Of a stretch of 64,000 nt of DNA, positions 14,520 to 27,153 are shown one piece after another (position 1 is the stretch's first letter; each line of letters opens with the position of its first letter). The notes beneath the pieces were generated by a model. It was not told the DNA's origin. It saw nothing but the letters and a program-made list of their open reading frames with translations, and made no database searches. The DNA is from Tubiluchus corallicola (lineage: Eukaryota; Animalia; Priapulida), in contig JAQGDQ010000074.1 of the NCBI GenBank assembly GCA_030141605.1, positions 310,001-374,000 on the forward strand, read 5' to 3'. The translations under genes were made by a program, and so were the position numbers.

Positions 14520-14955
14520 CAGTCGACCCTCGTTAAACCGGACCCCGTTAGCCCGGATATCGGATAAGACGGACGTCATCCGTGGTAAAGGAAACTGACC
14601 AATTTCCGACCGAGCCAGAGTGCTAAACACAACGGCCTACCAACTCACCACGAGCCACTGACGGGCCGAAGCGGCTCGCGGCACCGCCCAGGCTGCTACG
14701 ATTCCCGCTAAAATTCAGTTTGCTTACCCCATCGGAAGCACTCACTAATTTCTTTATCTTCACAGGTTAACTATTTTAAAGTAATATACAGTATAGTGTA
14801 TAGTGCACAGTATATAGTGCAATGTATATAGGCCTGATTAAGGTGATTATTCCTGTGTAATATAGACTATATATAGGCATATCGGATAAATCGGACAATC
14901 GGCTAAACCGGACCCCCCCCCCCCCCAATTAGTCCGGTTTAACGAGGGTTGACTG
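14520..14955. mobile_element. Tc1/mariner-superfamily (pogo/Tigger-like) MITE, 436 bp
   Basis: 24-bp TIRs CAGTCGACCCTCGTTAAACCGGAC (14520-14543) and GTCCGGTTTAACGAGGGTTGACTG (14932-14955), 1 mismatch; TA target duplication at 14518-19 and 14956-57; subterminal cggata/ccggac repeats; no transposase. Confidence 0.9.
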
Positions 14956-15254
14956 TAAAATATAATGCTAGAACACACGAACTTATGACTCATTTTAATA
15001 TGTTTCAGGTAATGCTACACTGAGTTAAAGGCCTATGCATTACTATTATATTCAGACATGTTTCTACTAGAATATTATTATAGGCCTACGCACGTAGTGA
15101 AGTGTCAGTTAAAATTAACTTGATAGTGAGGGAACACCTCCCCTCTTCCAAACAGAGGAATGAAACGAACCATTTTCACGCCACAGCAACATGCCACTGG
15201 TATTGATTACGTGGTGATTTTTATTACATTATACGTTATTTTTTCTGCATTATA

Positions 15255-15520
15255 ATAGTGTGGTGTGGTGTGGTGGGTTGGGGTGGGGTGCAGTGTAGTG
15301 TAGTGTGGTATAGTGCAGTGTAGGTGGCATCGTGTAGCGTAGTGTAGTTTAGTGTAGTGAGGAGCACTACAGTGCAGTGCAGTGTAGCGTTGTGTAGTGT
15401 AGTGAAGGGTAGTGCAGCGTGGAGTGTTACAGTAGTAGTAGTGTAGTGTAGTGTGGTAAGGTGAGGTATAGTGTAGTACAGGGTAGTGTAGTATACTATA
15501 GTACAGTATAGCAGTACATC
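15255..15520. repeat. Degenerate pentanucleotide (GTGTA/TAGTG)n microsatellite
   Basis: Direct reading; explains the T/L/H/Y-rich spurious ORF 15236-15529. Confidence 0.9.
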
Positions 15521-16014
15521 AGATGGCACAGCGTATTATTATTATTACGTTTTACTGAAGTTTTTCTTCCAGAAGTCCAGATGCAATTACATGCATGACG
15601 AGTAATATTCAGAGTTATGATAAATCACCCCACTGATTTTTGTTTATGGAAAGGCATGCATAAAATAATTGACAAAGCCGTGTTTTTTAGTTTAGCTTTT
15701 GATTGTTTTGTATTTTAAAATTTGAGTTTACACATGTAGCCATAATTTATTCATAAATACCCTGAATGTCACTTTCGGTTGCTTCAAAAAGATGATTATA
15801 AAAATCGATTACTTTAAATTAGTAATTATGTGCCCGCAGAGACCGTGCATCTATAAATTTGCCACTGGATCCTTCGGGTCTGAGGCTTCGCCGTATTTGT
15901 GTGAGTAGTTACGGAACCTGGCGAGACACCCCTAACAGACACTCCTTATTTAAGTATCTTATTACTTCTGGGTGATATATGTTTATATAATTATGATAAT
16001 GTATATGTATATAA

Positions 16015-16132
16015 GTCTACGTCCATATCACGTTGAAAACACCGGTTCTCGTCTGATCACCGAAATTAAGCAACGTAGAGCCTGATCAGTACTTGGATGG
16101 GTGACCGCCTAGGAATACCAGGTGCTGTAGGC
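16015..16132 (+). rRNA. 5S rRNA-like sequence (SINE head, not a canonical 5S gene)
   Basis: GTCTACGTCCATATCACGTTGAAAACACCGGTTCTCGTC...AATTAAGC (A box)...AGTACTTGGATGGGTGACCGCC (C box)...GAATACCAGGTGCTGTAGGC; helix I can pair; no oligo-T terminator follows and there is no tandem array. Confidence 0.85.
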
Positions 16133-16549
16133 CTGCGGGGGATGCCCACACTGTATCTCGACACTAGGCGGAGGAGTTGCACAAACAGCCAACGGCTAGA
16201 CGGCGGAGGAGGTCAAGTGACCCAACGAGCATGTGTAGAGTGGAAAACCTTCCAAATCAGTAGTGGAGCCCCGAAGGCGGACTAGTGCAGCATGCTCACT
16301 GACTCCGACAGCTCCTACAGCCAACCTGGTGCCAAACGTATCGCTCCACTTTCCTTTGGACTACACCAGGGATGAAGAGAAAAGGTTCCTTGTCTGGGCG
16401 CAACTCCGAATCTCCATACACCTTGCCCAGGCGTGCGCCCTGGAGAGGCTACTCCAGTGGTTCAAGGATCGGACTGCTCAGCTATAGTCGACGCTGCAGC
16501 TCCACTGGCGCACACTCCATTGTCTTCCGAGACAGAAGGATGCCAACAA
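16015..16549 (+). mobile_element. 5S rRNA-derived SINE (SINE3 type) with RTE-LINE-like body and tail
   Basis: 5S head 16015-16132; ~415-bp GC-rich body; 3' part reads GSRIGLLSYSRRCSSTGAHSIVFRDRRMP and ends GATGCCAACAA like RTE-clade termini; perfect 10-bp TSD ATGTATATAA at 16005-16014 and 16550-16559. Confidence 0.85.
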
Positions 16550-16959
16550 ATGTATATAAATATATGTACAGTATTGTAATAAGGGAATTGTCTGGGTCTT
16601 TGTAAGCGAGGACTGGAGCCCAATACGATATCTAACTCTGTATGTGGATGAATCATTAATGGTGAATATCATTACTGACTGGATAACCCGTATTTAGTAT
16701 TACGTATATTAAGTATGGCGGTATATATCTGCATGTACATTGTACAGTGTCCATGGATATCACATAATTTCCTTTGTCTAGTGACTACCATTCTGACTGA
16801 GTTCTATTTTTGTTAATCGGAACCACCGGAAAGGGGTACCAAAATGGTCGTTTTTGTCAGTTTTTTTTGAAAAATTTATATTATTTAGTTTGAGAGAACT
16901 TGAGCAAAGTTTAGGTTAGATATCCAGTAGCGTGTGATAAGCCAATTATCCAATCATTT

Positions 16960-17148
16960 GAAATACATTTTTCTGAGCAAAATCCTAGTTTGGCTCAAAA
17001 AATCTAGATTTCGCTAGTAAAACCCTGGTTTCTCTAGAAGACACTAGTTTTGCCCAGAAAACTTACAAAGCCCAGGTTTTGCGTAGAAAACTATAGCTTC
17101 GATAACAAAACACAAGTTTTCCGGGACGAAGCAAGGGTTTTGCTAACT
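16960..17148. repeat. Degenerate ~20-bp tandem array (ctagttttgctcagaaaa-like)
   Basis: About 8 related units such as cctagtttggctcaaaaa, actagttttgcccagaaaa, ccaggttttgcgtagaaaa. Confidence 0.6.
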
Positions 17149-19314
17149 TAACATAACTTAATTAAGCTAGCATTACTTAACTGCTGTTTACATATATGTA
17201 GTTTACAACACTGGCGTCGGAATCTACAAAATTCTTATTACACCAACTAAAGCCTGCGTACTTGTTTAAACTGACTCAATCAAAATGAAAGTTTATGTCG
17301 TACATGAGCGTCTTAACCCATAAAAGCACTTTTTAATCTGCAAGTTCTGAAATTTGTATTATTGATAATTGTTTATTCTCATTTTCACTTCATCCTTATA
17401 TCTGCTGTTTGCACTCTTATTCATTGCCGCATTCTCTTCCCATACTACAAAACAGATTTCAGGATGGAGCACATCATGGATTACATTGTAGGTCTATAAC
17501 CTTGTGCTCTTATTCTCATTCTTATTATTTTACTACACATTTAGTGAGTTTCTTAAAATTCTATGAGCCTTTCGAACATCCGGTTCCTCGGGAAGCTCAT
17601 TTGTCTGAGTCTTCATTTGGGTGCAATCATTCAATTTGGAGTTCAAATGGCGTGCTGAAAGAAGCGCGCTAAAGTGAAATGAGGTTAAGTTGCACAGATC
17701 ATTTTTAGGCTATCTTGACTGCTTATCTGTTAACAAGCTGATTAACTTTATCCCAGTTGTTACCGGATGCTTTGTGAGTGGTAACAGCGCACGGATGCAA
17801 AACTCGAAGAAATGTATTCCAGTTTTGATATTGCATTTTTTATTGCTGTTATTTCGCTCTGAGTAGCCATTTTTACGATTTGTCATAATAGTATACAATG
17901 CCTGGCTTTGAAAGTGAAAATTGGATTTGAATTCCAAGCTTTTTGTATTTAATTAACTTCTGCTTTAATTAAACTGCTTGCAGCGCTACGTGTTTTTACA
18001 AAATGTCTTAATGGAACAAAAATGAGGAACAAAATAGATAAAAAGTCATTTTAGGTTAGGAACTAATTTCTTTGATTATTCACGGAGGAGGTTCCAGGGC
18101 TAAATGAGCAAAATTAAATCTTCTCCATTTGTTTTAGTCTAACTAAGAAGTTTTACTGATCACTCCGTCAGAGTTGATGCACACTAAATTTTGCACGAAT
18201 CCTAATTCTTGTAAGGCATTATTCCTCATACAGTTAATGAGAGGGATTCAGAAATCTGTTATCTGCAACGTAGTGAATAAGAAGTGCTTATGAATACTTT
18301 ATTCGTAGAGTTAGAATGCCACAATACAGGTCCTTCCTCAGATTTAACAAACCCAACAATTTTTACTTGCTTAGTTGTTCTAAGTGACCCAAATTGCAAG
18401 AAAGCTACATTTCTGTAGTTATGCCTTCAAACATGCCCCAAAGAACAGCTGTTTCATTTTTTGCCATGATAAAAAGAAGATATATTACGGAAGTCAGCAA
18501 AATTCTTGCTAAGACTACAGAAAGTGTTGTATTTTTGACCAACAGACGTACGATTCAATGTCTCTACAATATTTTTTGGGTAACAAATAGCTAACATGTT
18601 GTTGACGTCGCATAAGTATTTCACAGAAAATGTTCTGTCTGGTAATAATGACAAATTTAGACTGCTTGTAATACAGAAAGAAAAAAATGAATAAACTAGC
18701 GGCATCACATTCTTTATAAATGTGGTCAGCAACTTTATAAGGAGGGCCAACTGCGTAGTATGAAGATCACGAAAACCAAATTGAAAATCAAAGAGATCAT
18801 TTGTGTGAAGAATAGCGTCATCCGATTAACGTGCAATATAAACGGTTATCCCGCCAGAGGCTGGACCAGCTGGACCTACTATCATCAAATATAAGCAATC
18901 CAAAACGCAATCGAGAGATTATTGACACTGTTTTTTTTGCTGTTTGATAAATCCCGTTGCCCACTATGTAATGAATGTCTATTACCGACGATAACATGGT
19001 AACCTCCTCCTGAAGACTAATACTGCGTAAGCACTTTAGTTATTGTTAACTGATCATAATTTTTGCATAAACACCGTCCGGAATATCTGCGTGAACTGCA
19101 AAAGTTTTGTTACGCATATATTTGTGCTGTCCACCAGCTTGCGTCACTTTTTCAAAATGCCCGCAGCGAGCTTCGTTTGACCCGAGATAAGATTGATGTA
19201 AATTTCTTTTGTATTTTTAAGAAAGACATTTTATGCGCATATATTATGCGGTAATTTCAATATTTTTAAGTGTATATTAAAATACAATGAACATGATTTG
19301 AGGATTTATTTTCC

Positions 19315-19415
19315 TTTAAATTATTTAGAATTTTCTTTTCCAATTACGTAAGTCTCACAAGCATAAGCGTAATGCTAAGTTATATAATTGTTTATGGAAA
19401 GTTTTTAGAGATAAC
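19315..19415 (+). repeat. Dispersed repeat, copy A (related to 48583-48685)
   Basis: tttaaattatttagaattttcttttccaattacgtaagtct...cgtaatgctaagttatataa is collinear with copy B. Confidence 0.7.
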
Positions 19416-20042
19416 ATTTTAAAATTCCCCTTTCATCCCCTTTAACATATCAGACATGATTACTTGATTAGTATGTGGTGAGAGAAATTGTATTGTAAGT
19501 GCCACGTTCCAAGCCATCGCACATCCATATACAAGGCAAGCCATGCCACTCAGCTATAATCTCTTAACCCCGATCACTGTGTTTCTTGTTTCTGTTTTGT
19601 GATAAGAAATATGATTTTGTTGCTATCGGCGGAGTTTGCATGTTTTAGCTTTCTAGAGTGAAAGCTTCAATGGGCACCATGCACTACATGTTACATCTAC
19701 ATTACGCCTAATTTCATTACAAAAGCAACCAGGGATCATACATATTTACAACTAAGTTATCTAATCATAAAACCGGCAACATATATAAGGCTAATGTGAG
19801 TCCGTTGACAATTCCATGTCTCAGCCTCATGTTGCAGATACAATCCTCGGTTGCAATTAAAGCGAATAAAAGCATTCGTCAAGAGAGATCAATTTCGGAT
19901 GTAATGCAGTTTTACGACAAGCGACTCATCTTGTAATTTAGTCAACTTTGGTTCTGCAGAGCTTTTAAGATTTCTGCTGCTTTAAAAGGCAAAACTGCAA
20001 TATTATATCGTAATTTAAAAAAGAATAGAGACGCATCAGTCA

Positions 20043-20245
20043 TTATTACTTACGCCAAGCACGCTATAGTTTCATCACCGTTTGTGTGCCCGTTTGGCTG
20101 TCAGCACGATTATGTAAAAATATTTAACTGGTCTGATTTAAACTAAAGTTTGTGAAAGGGTGAGTCGGATTCGGAGCTATCGGGAACGTGATGCTGCAAA
20201 AATGCCTTTCAGTATGGTGTTTCAGTATGGCGGTTTGTGCTTCAT
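20043..20245 (+). mobile_element. Decayed Helentron-associated (HINE/DINE-like) element fragment
   Basis: Starts ttattacttacgccaag, has a degenerate gtttg/tgtc microsatellite and cagcacgattatgtaaaaa, and ends with tggcgg, matching the recalled architecture of these elements. Confidence 0.35.
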
Positions 20246-22098
20246 GTCAAACAAGCTCGTCTTTTAATAAAGTTTCCTCTTAATAATTAATTTTTTTAAT
20301 AAAGTGCAAGTACAAGTTGTAATGTTGCTATTTTGGGGCTAATAATTAATGGCAGTTTCGATATTATGCATATACGGCCTTAAACCCAAACGTATCAGGA
20401 TTACAAGCCGACTTAACTAGTTTAATGATAAATCGAAAAACAAAATGGTGGATGACGAAAACGCTAGTGTAAATAAAAGGAAATATCCACAACGAGTTCT
20501 ACGAACAGCCCAATATATAAAAGTACTAAACAAGCAACAGAATGCGATTACCATAAGAAGTGAAGTCCGTAGATAGCAAATTACTTAGCAGCTGTCATTA
20601 TTATACTGGTAATATGTATTGCAAGGTATACATAAAAATCAAAAGTAATTAAGAATTGATAGAAAATTTGGCTAGTGAGGTAGATAGCGAAAATCAACAA
20701 GTTAATCAGTTAAAACGCTTGCATGAGAGTTTTTGCAAGCTATATCGAGACTAGAGCCTTTGCAAGAAGAAAGAGAGATATACTCAAGAGTAATGGTGTC
20801 AGAATCTACGATGTGTCGGTGATTAATAGGGAAAACCGTGTGTCGCCAGCGGATAACATCATCTAGAAATAACAGAAACCAGGGTGAAGTAGAGCTCGCA
20901 GCATACCTCATCTGTGAGGAAAACTAGGCGCACGCTCAAATAAACCAAGGGTTCCTATCGCAAAATTCCCATGGAATCTAAATTTAGTAAGTATTGTTTA
21001 CCTCACAATGAGTAAATGCAAAGTTTTTATTATATGAACGAGAACAACATTATGGCGAAATGAACGGCTCTATACAATTATTCGCAAGCGAGTATCCCAA
21101 AAACCTCATTCGTTATTTGTGAAATTATCTGTTATATATCCGTGTCGTTTGTCGTTATACACCCATTAAATACAAAAAGTAGCACATACTATTGTAGAGT
21201 ATTTTATAAGAATAACATTAAAAATCTGGGATCTACATATAAAATTTTTAAACGGCTTAATGAGCCTAACAGAGGGATCGGGAAACGCCAACGGGGCGGA
21301 GATATACTTCGCAATCAAGCGCTCTAGCTGGTTGCTCGAGTGTCTTTAAAACAAACTCACAATCACCAATGCAAATGCGCGTGCAGGTTTCATTTAAATA
21401 TGCCAGCTGCACTGCGAAAGTAAGCCTTCACATGATTAGATTACTTTTGCTTAGACAAAAAAGATAAACAAATGTTGTTATGGACGAAACATGCGGGAAG
21501 CCTCACGAAAACCGAATCCTTTCAAAATTAATTAAAAACTTGCTGTCTGATACGATGCAGCTAGCTTTATATTTTTTCAAGTTTGAGAATTTGAAGTTGT
21601 ATAACAGAGTGATATAATATTTTGACTTCAGATTTTTACACTTCTTATACACTGCACAGGCACAGCAAGAGGTTGCCAGATACTATAATAAAAAAAGATT
21701 ATGTTTAGTGAAGTTGATAGTTAGTAGCCTTAAAACCATATGCATGTTAACGATTATATACGTAAACGCTATACATTAGTCATTCAAGTCATTTTGCATG
21801 TATTTTTGTACCTAGTATGTATTTTGACATATATAGACATAACTGAAACATCCTTCTCGTAAGCTAATATTCAAACTTGTTTTTTACCATAAAGCAAGAT
21901 TTTCATTGAAGGATTCAGGTCGCACGGATTAGTAATTCGTGGTCACGAATTAAAAATGTTTTCAGCATGTCTCTTCAGGGGCACCATAGTATCACGCATG
22001 CATCCTTGAATGAAATTATTAAATCATCTTCGCGAAGATTTGCTAACCTGTTTTTTGCAGACAGGTATATATAACAGTAATACATATGCGAATATCAT

Positions 22099-22904
22099 CT
22101 GTTGCATACCTAGAGTTTCTGGCCCCCGGGCGGCATTTGCGTTTGCCGCGCCCCGCGCCCCTGTCCCGGATGAAAATACAACTTAGTAGTATCTTTTTGG
22201 TTTTAGATTTGTAAAATTTAGCGGTGTTTCTTTGCATTTGTGATAAGTTGTGCAGATAAACTGATAAGATAATTATAATAAAGCACTACTGAAATAAACT
22301 GTTTGTGAAAGATTCATTATCCCTACATGTTTCAAAAGTTACAATAGGCCAATTCAGATGTTTCTTTAAATGCTAATACAAGAAACAATGTATTTGTATC
22401 TCGTGGTTAACTCATCAAAGCACTTGACGGTTAACTCAAGAGTGTACTGTGTAGAAATTTTGAAAACAAAAAAAGAAAAACTGTACAAATATTACAAAGA
22501 CATTAAATTACTAATTATTATCTTTCTTTGTTGCAATCTTTCAACAGTACGCGCTTTCGCGAAAATATAATTAATTATGTCAGGCGTCTTTTGTTAGTGA
22601 AAATACGTCAAACACGTCGAACATCGTTAGGAAGATCACATGCGGTCTAATTTGCAAACGTGAATAATTTCTAAAATGATGAAAATGTAAACATCATAAC
22701 GCCTACAACAATAGACAGACAAATTAGTACGTCGTTACGTCTACAAAAATTATTGATGCGCAAACGATATTTGCTTGCTGCACACTCACTGTGTGAGTTT
22801 TATAACACTACTGTTCTGACAGAATCAACTGCATTTGATCAAAGTGCCGCTCTCTGAAAAGTGCTACCCGAGGCACACTGCCTTACCCCTTAGCTATGCC
22901 ACTG
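22099..22904. mobile_element. Old hAT-like non-autonomous element
   Basis: Right end tagctatgccactg (rc CAGTGGCATAGCTA); left end ctgttgcatacctag (about 11/15 match); GC-rich subterminal cgcccc/cccgggg motifs; TSD degenerate. Confidence 0.45.
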
Positions 22905-25900
22905 CGAATCGTTACTACAAATGCTCACTCATTTTTCATTTTTTCCCGTATGTGTGGTAGTGGCTATCAGCCAGCAAGAGTTTGTGCGATTTAGCCACGG
23001 AAGCGTGGCATAGCACTGGTTGCCGATCTGTATTTTACTTTTACTGCGCGCCAGTGAATGGTAGAAGCCTTTAGTTTCAACAGTGCAGGCTATTTGTGCA
23101 CAGTTTTTGTAGACATTCCTAACCTACGTTGTTGTAATGAGCTGTAACTGTCGCGAGTTTTAAATTGGCTTACTTGTTGCGTGGCTTGAGAGTAGATGCA
23201 TAATAAACAATGTGTCATGCAGTAGGTGATTTATGAACTCATAATCTAATGCAGGTAACTCCTCTTAATTGCACCCTAATTCATTATGATGAGTAAGAGT
23301 AACTAATGGAAAGACCAATAAAAATGGAATGGCACATTCATTAGCTTATTGTTGCTTTTCAACGTTTAGAGCCGTGTTTCTTTATGGTTTCTAAAGCCAC
23401 ACAAGTCTTTAAATCTAATTCATCTAATACAAATGCCGGGTAGCAGTAGCTCAAACTCTAGCCCGTTCGTGCTTTTGAAGCAGGATTCATTCCTAAACTT
23501 GACAACCGACCTAAAGGGTTCATAAGAAATTCCGTATAACACGGTTTCCTGGCTTTTGTTTTTGTAGTGCGTTATCCACAAATTGTTTAAACTATTAACA
23601 GTTGATTGCTAATGCTGTTATATACTGGTCTGTCTATTTTGTTTGAATATGTAACATAGTGCCGAAATTGCCGTGGATGCAGAGTTGGTTGATAGTGCGA
23701 ATAAACGTGAGTTAGTATAAAAATTATTTTGAGTAATTTGTATATACCTTAATTTTCATGGTAGGGCGATAATATAACTCGACCTCATTTCAGGTTGTTT
23801 TCAAACAAGCTGTTAAAACCTGTTGCAATCTTTCGCAGAATTTAAATCTATTCTATCTCATAAGAATAATTTTTATCAAGCTTCTGCATAAAAATATTAT
23901 CAATGATTTTTACTTATCACGATTTATCAGAATAACACAAATTTGTGAGCGAATAAGTGATAAAGACGTGCATTTGAATTTCGGTTTCTCTATAAACGTG
24001 TACTTATAATGATGCGTAAGTCTAAATAACGAAGGTCTATGAGTGTCCGTAACATCCAATTATTTCTTGCTGCTGAATTTATTCATAAAGCTGGTAGTGC
24101 TGTTTTACTCTAGCTGTAACAAATATTTGGCGACCTTCAAACGTCAGGTATCAAATTTAGGAATATGTGTGTAAAACGGTTCTGAAAGCTAGACGGCTGC
24201 ACGATTTGAAAGAATTTTTCAAATCTTTTGAAGAACATGGCAATGTGCGTTTGTCATATCAGATAACTTTAGCAGTTCTTTGAATGCTAATCCACGCTTA
24301 AAAATGTAAGTGTTCCAAAATTAGAAAACCACTCGAAATTTATATCAATTCAATGACAGAACTTTTTATACAATCTGACAAATCAAAAGCAGAAGCTGAT
24401 GGCTTCAAATTTCCACGAAAAAGCAAAGCTGCTTGAGGAGGGCTGTAATGGAGTTTTAACTAAGTCAGCAGAGCTGGCTTATTGCATTTTCAACTAGTCA
24501 ACGCAATGTTTTGCTCGACTTAACCGCATTTTTGTGGTCGAGCTATTTCTGTTTTTCGCCTTGAATATCGATTTTCTTGTTGGCCGTGGGTGAAAAAAAC
24601 TGTAAAACTTTTGTTTTCTTTATTATGTTTTAGCTTCAACGTTTCTAAAGTGTGCTTACTGTAATTCCCTAGATACCCAAAACTCATTTTATCTTCAAGG
24701 AGAATTTCTTGCTCCATAAAGTGATTCTGGCAGCGCGTTTCTTTTCATTAATGAGTGAAATTTTTGATCAATAGGTTGTTATTTAACTGGTTCGCAACTG
24801 CTATGGTGATACATCTGCGCCCTACGTTCTAAGCGAAAATAAAATAATAATACCTTTAAATGCAATAAAATCAAAGACATGAAAAGTAAAAAGTGATGAT
24901 ATTAAAAATATTATTACACGTCCGGAGAAATAGAATTAACGTTATCGGCGTTTTCAAACAAGTAGTAATAAAAAAGTTTAATGTAAAAACCGAACTCCAA
25001 AACTACAGATTTGACTGCAAATCAAACTCTATCAGACTTTGCAATCTGACAACTGGATTAAGGTAACAAGGCTTAATAATGCTATTATCACGTAGCTGTG
25101 CTGTTATTTGCCGCGAAAGTTTCATTATTTTGTTTTTCAATAAAAACTTGGGTACTGCTACTTGTTACTAAGTATGACTGACACTATCACTATCACTCTA
25201 CCCGCGTAAGCCGATACTCGAAGCAAAGAGGTCTTTTCGAAGTCTCACGAGACTTCATTATATACAAACGCATTTCTGAGCTTCGCGGTTTGATATGACT
25301 GTTTTCTCTGGTAAAAGATTTTACGCGGAAAATTGCTATGAACTCTACCTATACAATTTTGCGTGCCTTCTTTTTTGATCAGTTTGCTCGCCTGACAGCA
25401 ATTATTTTGTCGTTTGTGTGCTGTCTTTGCATTCTGCATTCAGTTTTTTGGAACAGAAGGTAGTAATCGACATCGTAGTTATATTTGACAATCGCTCTTT
25501 TTTGTCTGTCCAAAGAGTTTCAAAGAGTCCATCATTTATGTATCAGTTTGTCGAGTGTTTTACTGACAATGCGCGCTGAAGCAGCGGTGGCGGCAAAATA
25601 GCAATAAACAAGACGATTTTGTGGATATCAAGTTAAATACCTGTACAAATATAGTGTTAAGTTATCGATATCTCCCTCTTTCTCTCTTTCTCGCTCAAAT
25701 AAAATCTAGATATAAACAAACTAAATCAGTTTTCTTAAAATTAGTGGCTTTGGAATAACTAGCTGAACACCTTTTAGTGGTGTTTTTCTTTTGTTTTTTT
25801 TTCATTTTAGATGAGTCACAAGGTTAATCTATCAATATGTTTTACAACACTGAGATTTCGAATGATCGCAGTCACTATGGTTTCTTGAATGAACTCATGT

Positions 25901-27153
25901 GCATCGCAGGTATTTTGAGTCAACAACAAGTCAATCAATACAACCCTCACTGAGACCATTTGTCCAGATTAGATAACAAATTTACTTATCATTTGTACTT
26001 GATTAGCGCGCCTTATCACGAAGTATGTGCAGAACCCCAAGGAACAAAATGGCAAATTTACTGGACGTTTTCTTCTTACTCTGTCGCTTCCCGATTAAGA
26101 GACTTGCTCATCACAAGCTGTCTAAAGTAATTTCTTAGCGGGTGAATCAAGTGATAGTATTCAGTGCTGGGCAAAATTAAGTTAATTTGATAATCTTGAT
26201 TTGTTAGTGAAACGGTTGAAGCTAAGCTTTCTCAGCGAACTACGTTTCATTAATATAACTCTCGCGATTCAATTTAGAAAAAAGGCTGACCTATGATCTT
26301 TTTGCGCCATCTCATTCAAATTTTAACGTAATTTTAAAAATGGTATAATAATATAAATAGTCGCCAAATCTAGGTGATACGGAAAACGTTAAATTTTGAG
26401 TGACTTCACGTCAGGCAGTTTTTAACAAGGTCTCGCAGGTTAACCAGTTCAGTCAGGGTTAGGTTCATTAACTAAGGTTTTCACGCTATTTAAATAGCCG
26501 CATAATATTTCCCATTTTTAAGTATAAGCTCATAATGAGGATGCCATCAAACTGTCGCATTGATTTGTACATTTCAGAAATAATAAAATGTCTTATTTCT
26601 GTTCTCATTCATCTTTGACAAAGAGGTTGCGATTATTAAAAAACCGAAAAGCAGTTGAAGAAATCTCTGCAACTCACACTTTGTAGTCAGTTTATAGCAA
26701 AGTATGAAACACTTATGTATGAATTCCTAATAATGACACAATGGCCAATTCTAGGGAGTGCTGCATATATCATGCAGTGCACGGTAAAAATAACACGTGT
26801 AAAAGCGGCGCAAATAATAAGGACACGAGAAAAAAGACACAGGAAAAAGGCGAAAATGGAACAATAAGCAAAATAGCAGACTTAATAAAACATTAGTTAT
26901 GATTAGGGTTAGGTTCATTACAAATAATGTTACTACACTTTTTACAAATGTTTCCAATTCGTGCCTATTTATTTATGCTCTTTCTCCTGTCTAATGTTAC
27001 CTATGCCATTTTAACTGATTTTAATTCTTTTGCAGGACCACTCATTCACGGGCATCAAAAATACAGGTGGGGCAGAACCATAAGTGTGAAGTGCCAAAAG
27101 ATTAGTACGTTTGTGTTACCTATATCATAATACACCAAAATGCTTACTTAACC

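Noticed and set aside
15236-15529. 97-aa T/L/H/Y-rich ORF
   Set aside because: Translation of a pentanucleotide microsatellite.
16015-16132. Functional stand-alone 5S rRNA gene
   Set aside because: No oligo-T terminator, no tandem neighbours, and the TSD encloses the 5S together with a 415-bp body, so it is a SINE head.
16097-16672. Five overlapping short ORFs
   Set aside because: By-products of the GC-rich SINE; only the short RTE C-terminal remnant is meaningful.
17710-17937. Degenerate RING-like ORF (GIHFFEFCIRALLPLTKHPV)
   Set aside because: Most zinc ligands are missing; the resemblance is too weak to call.
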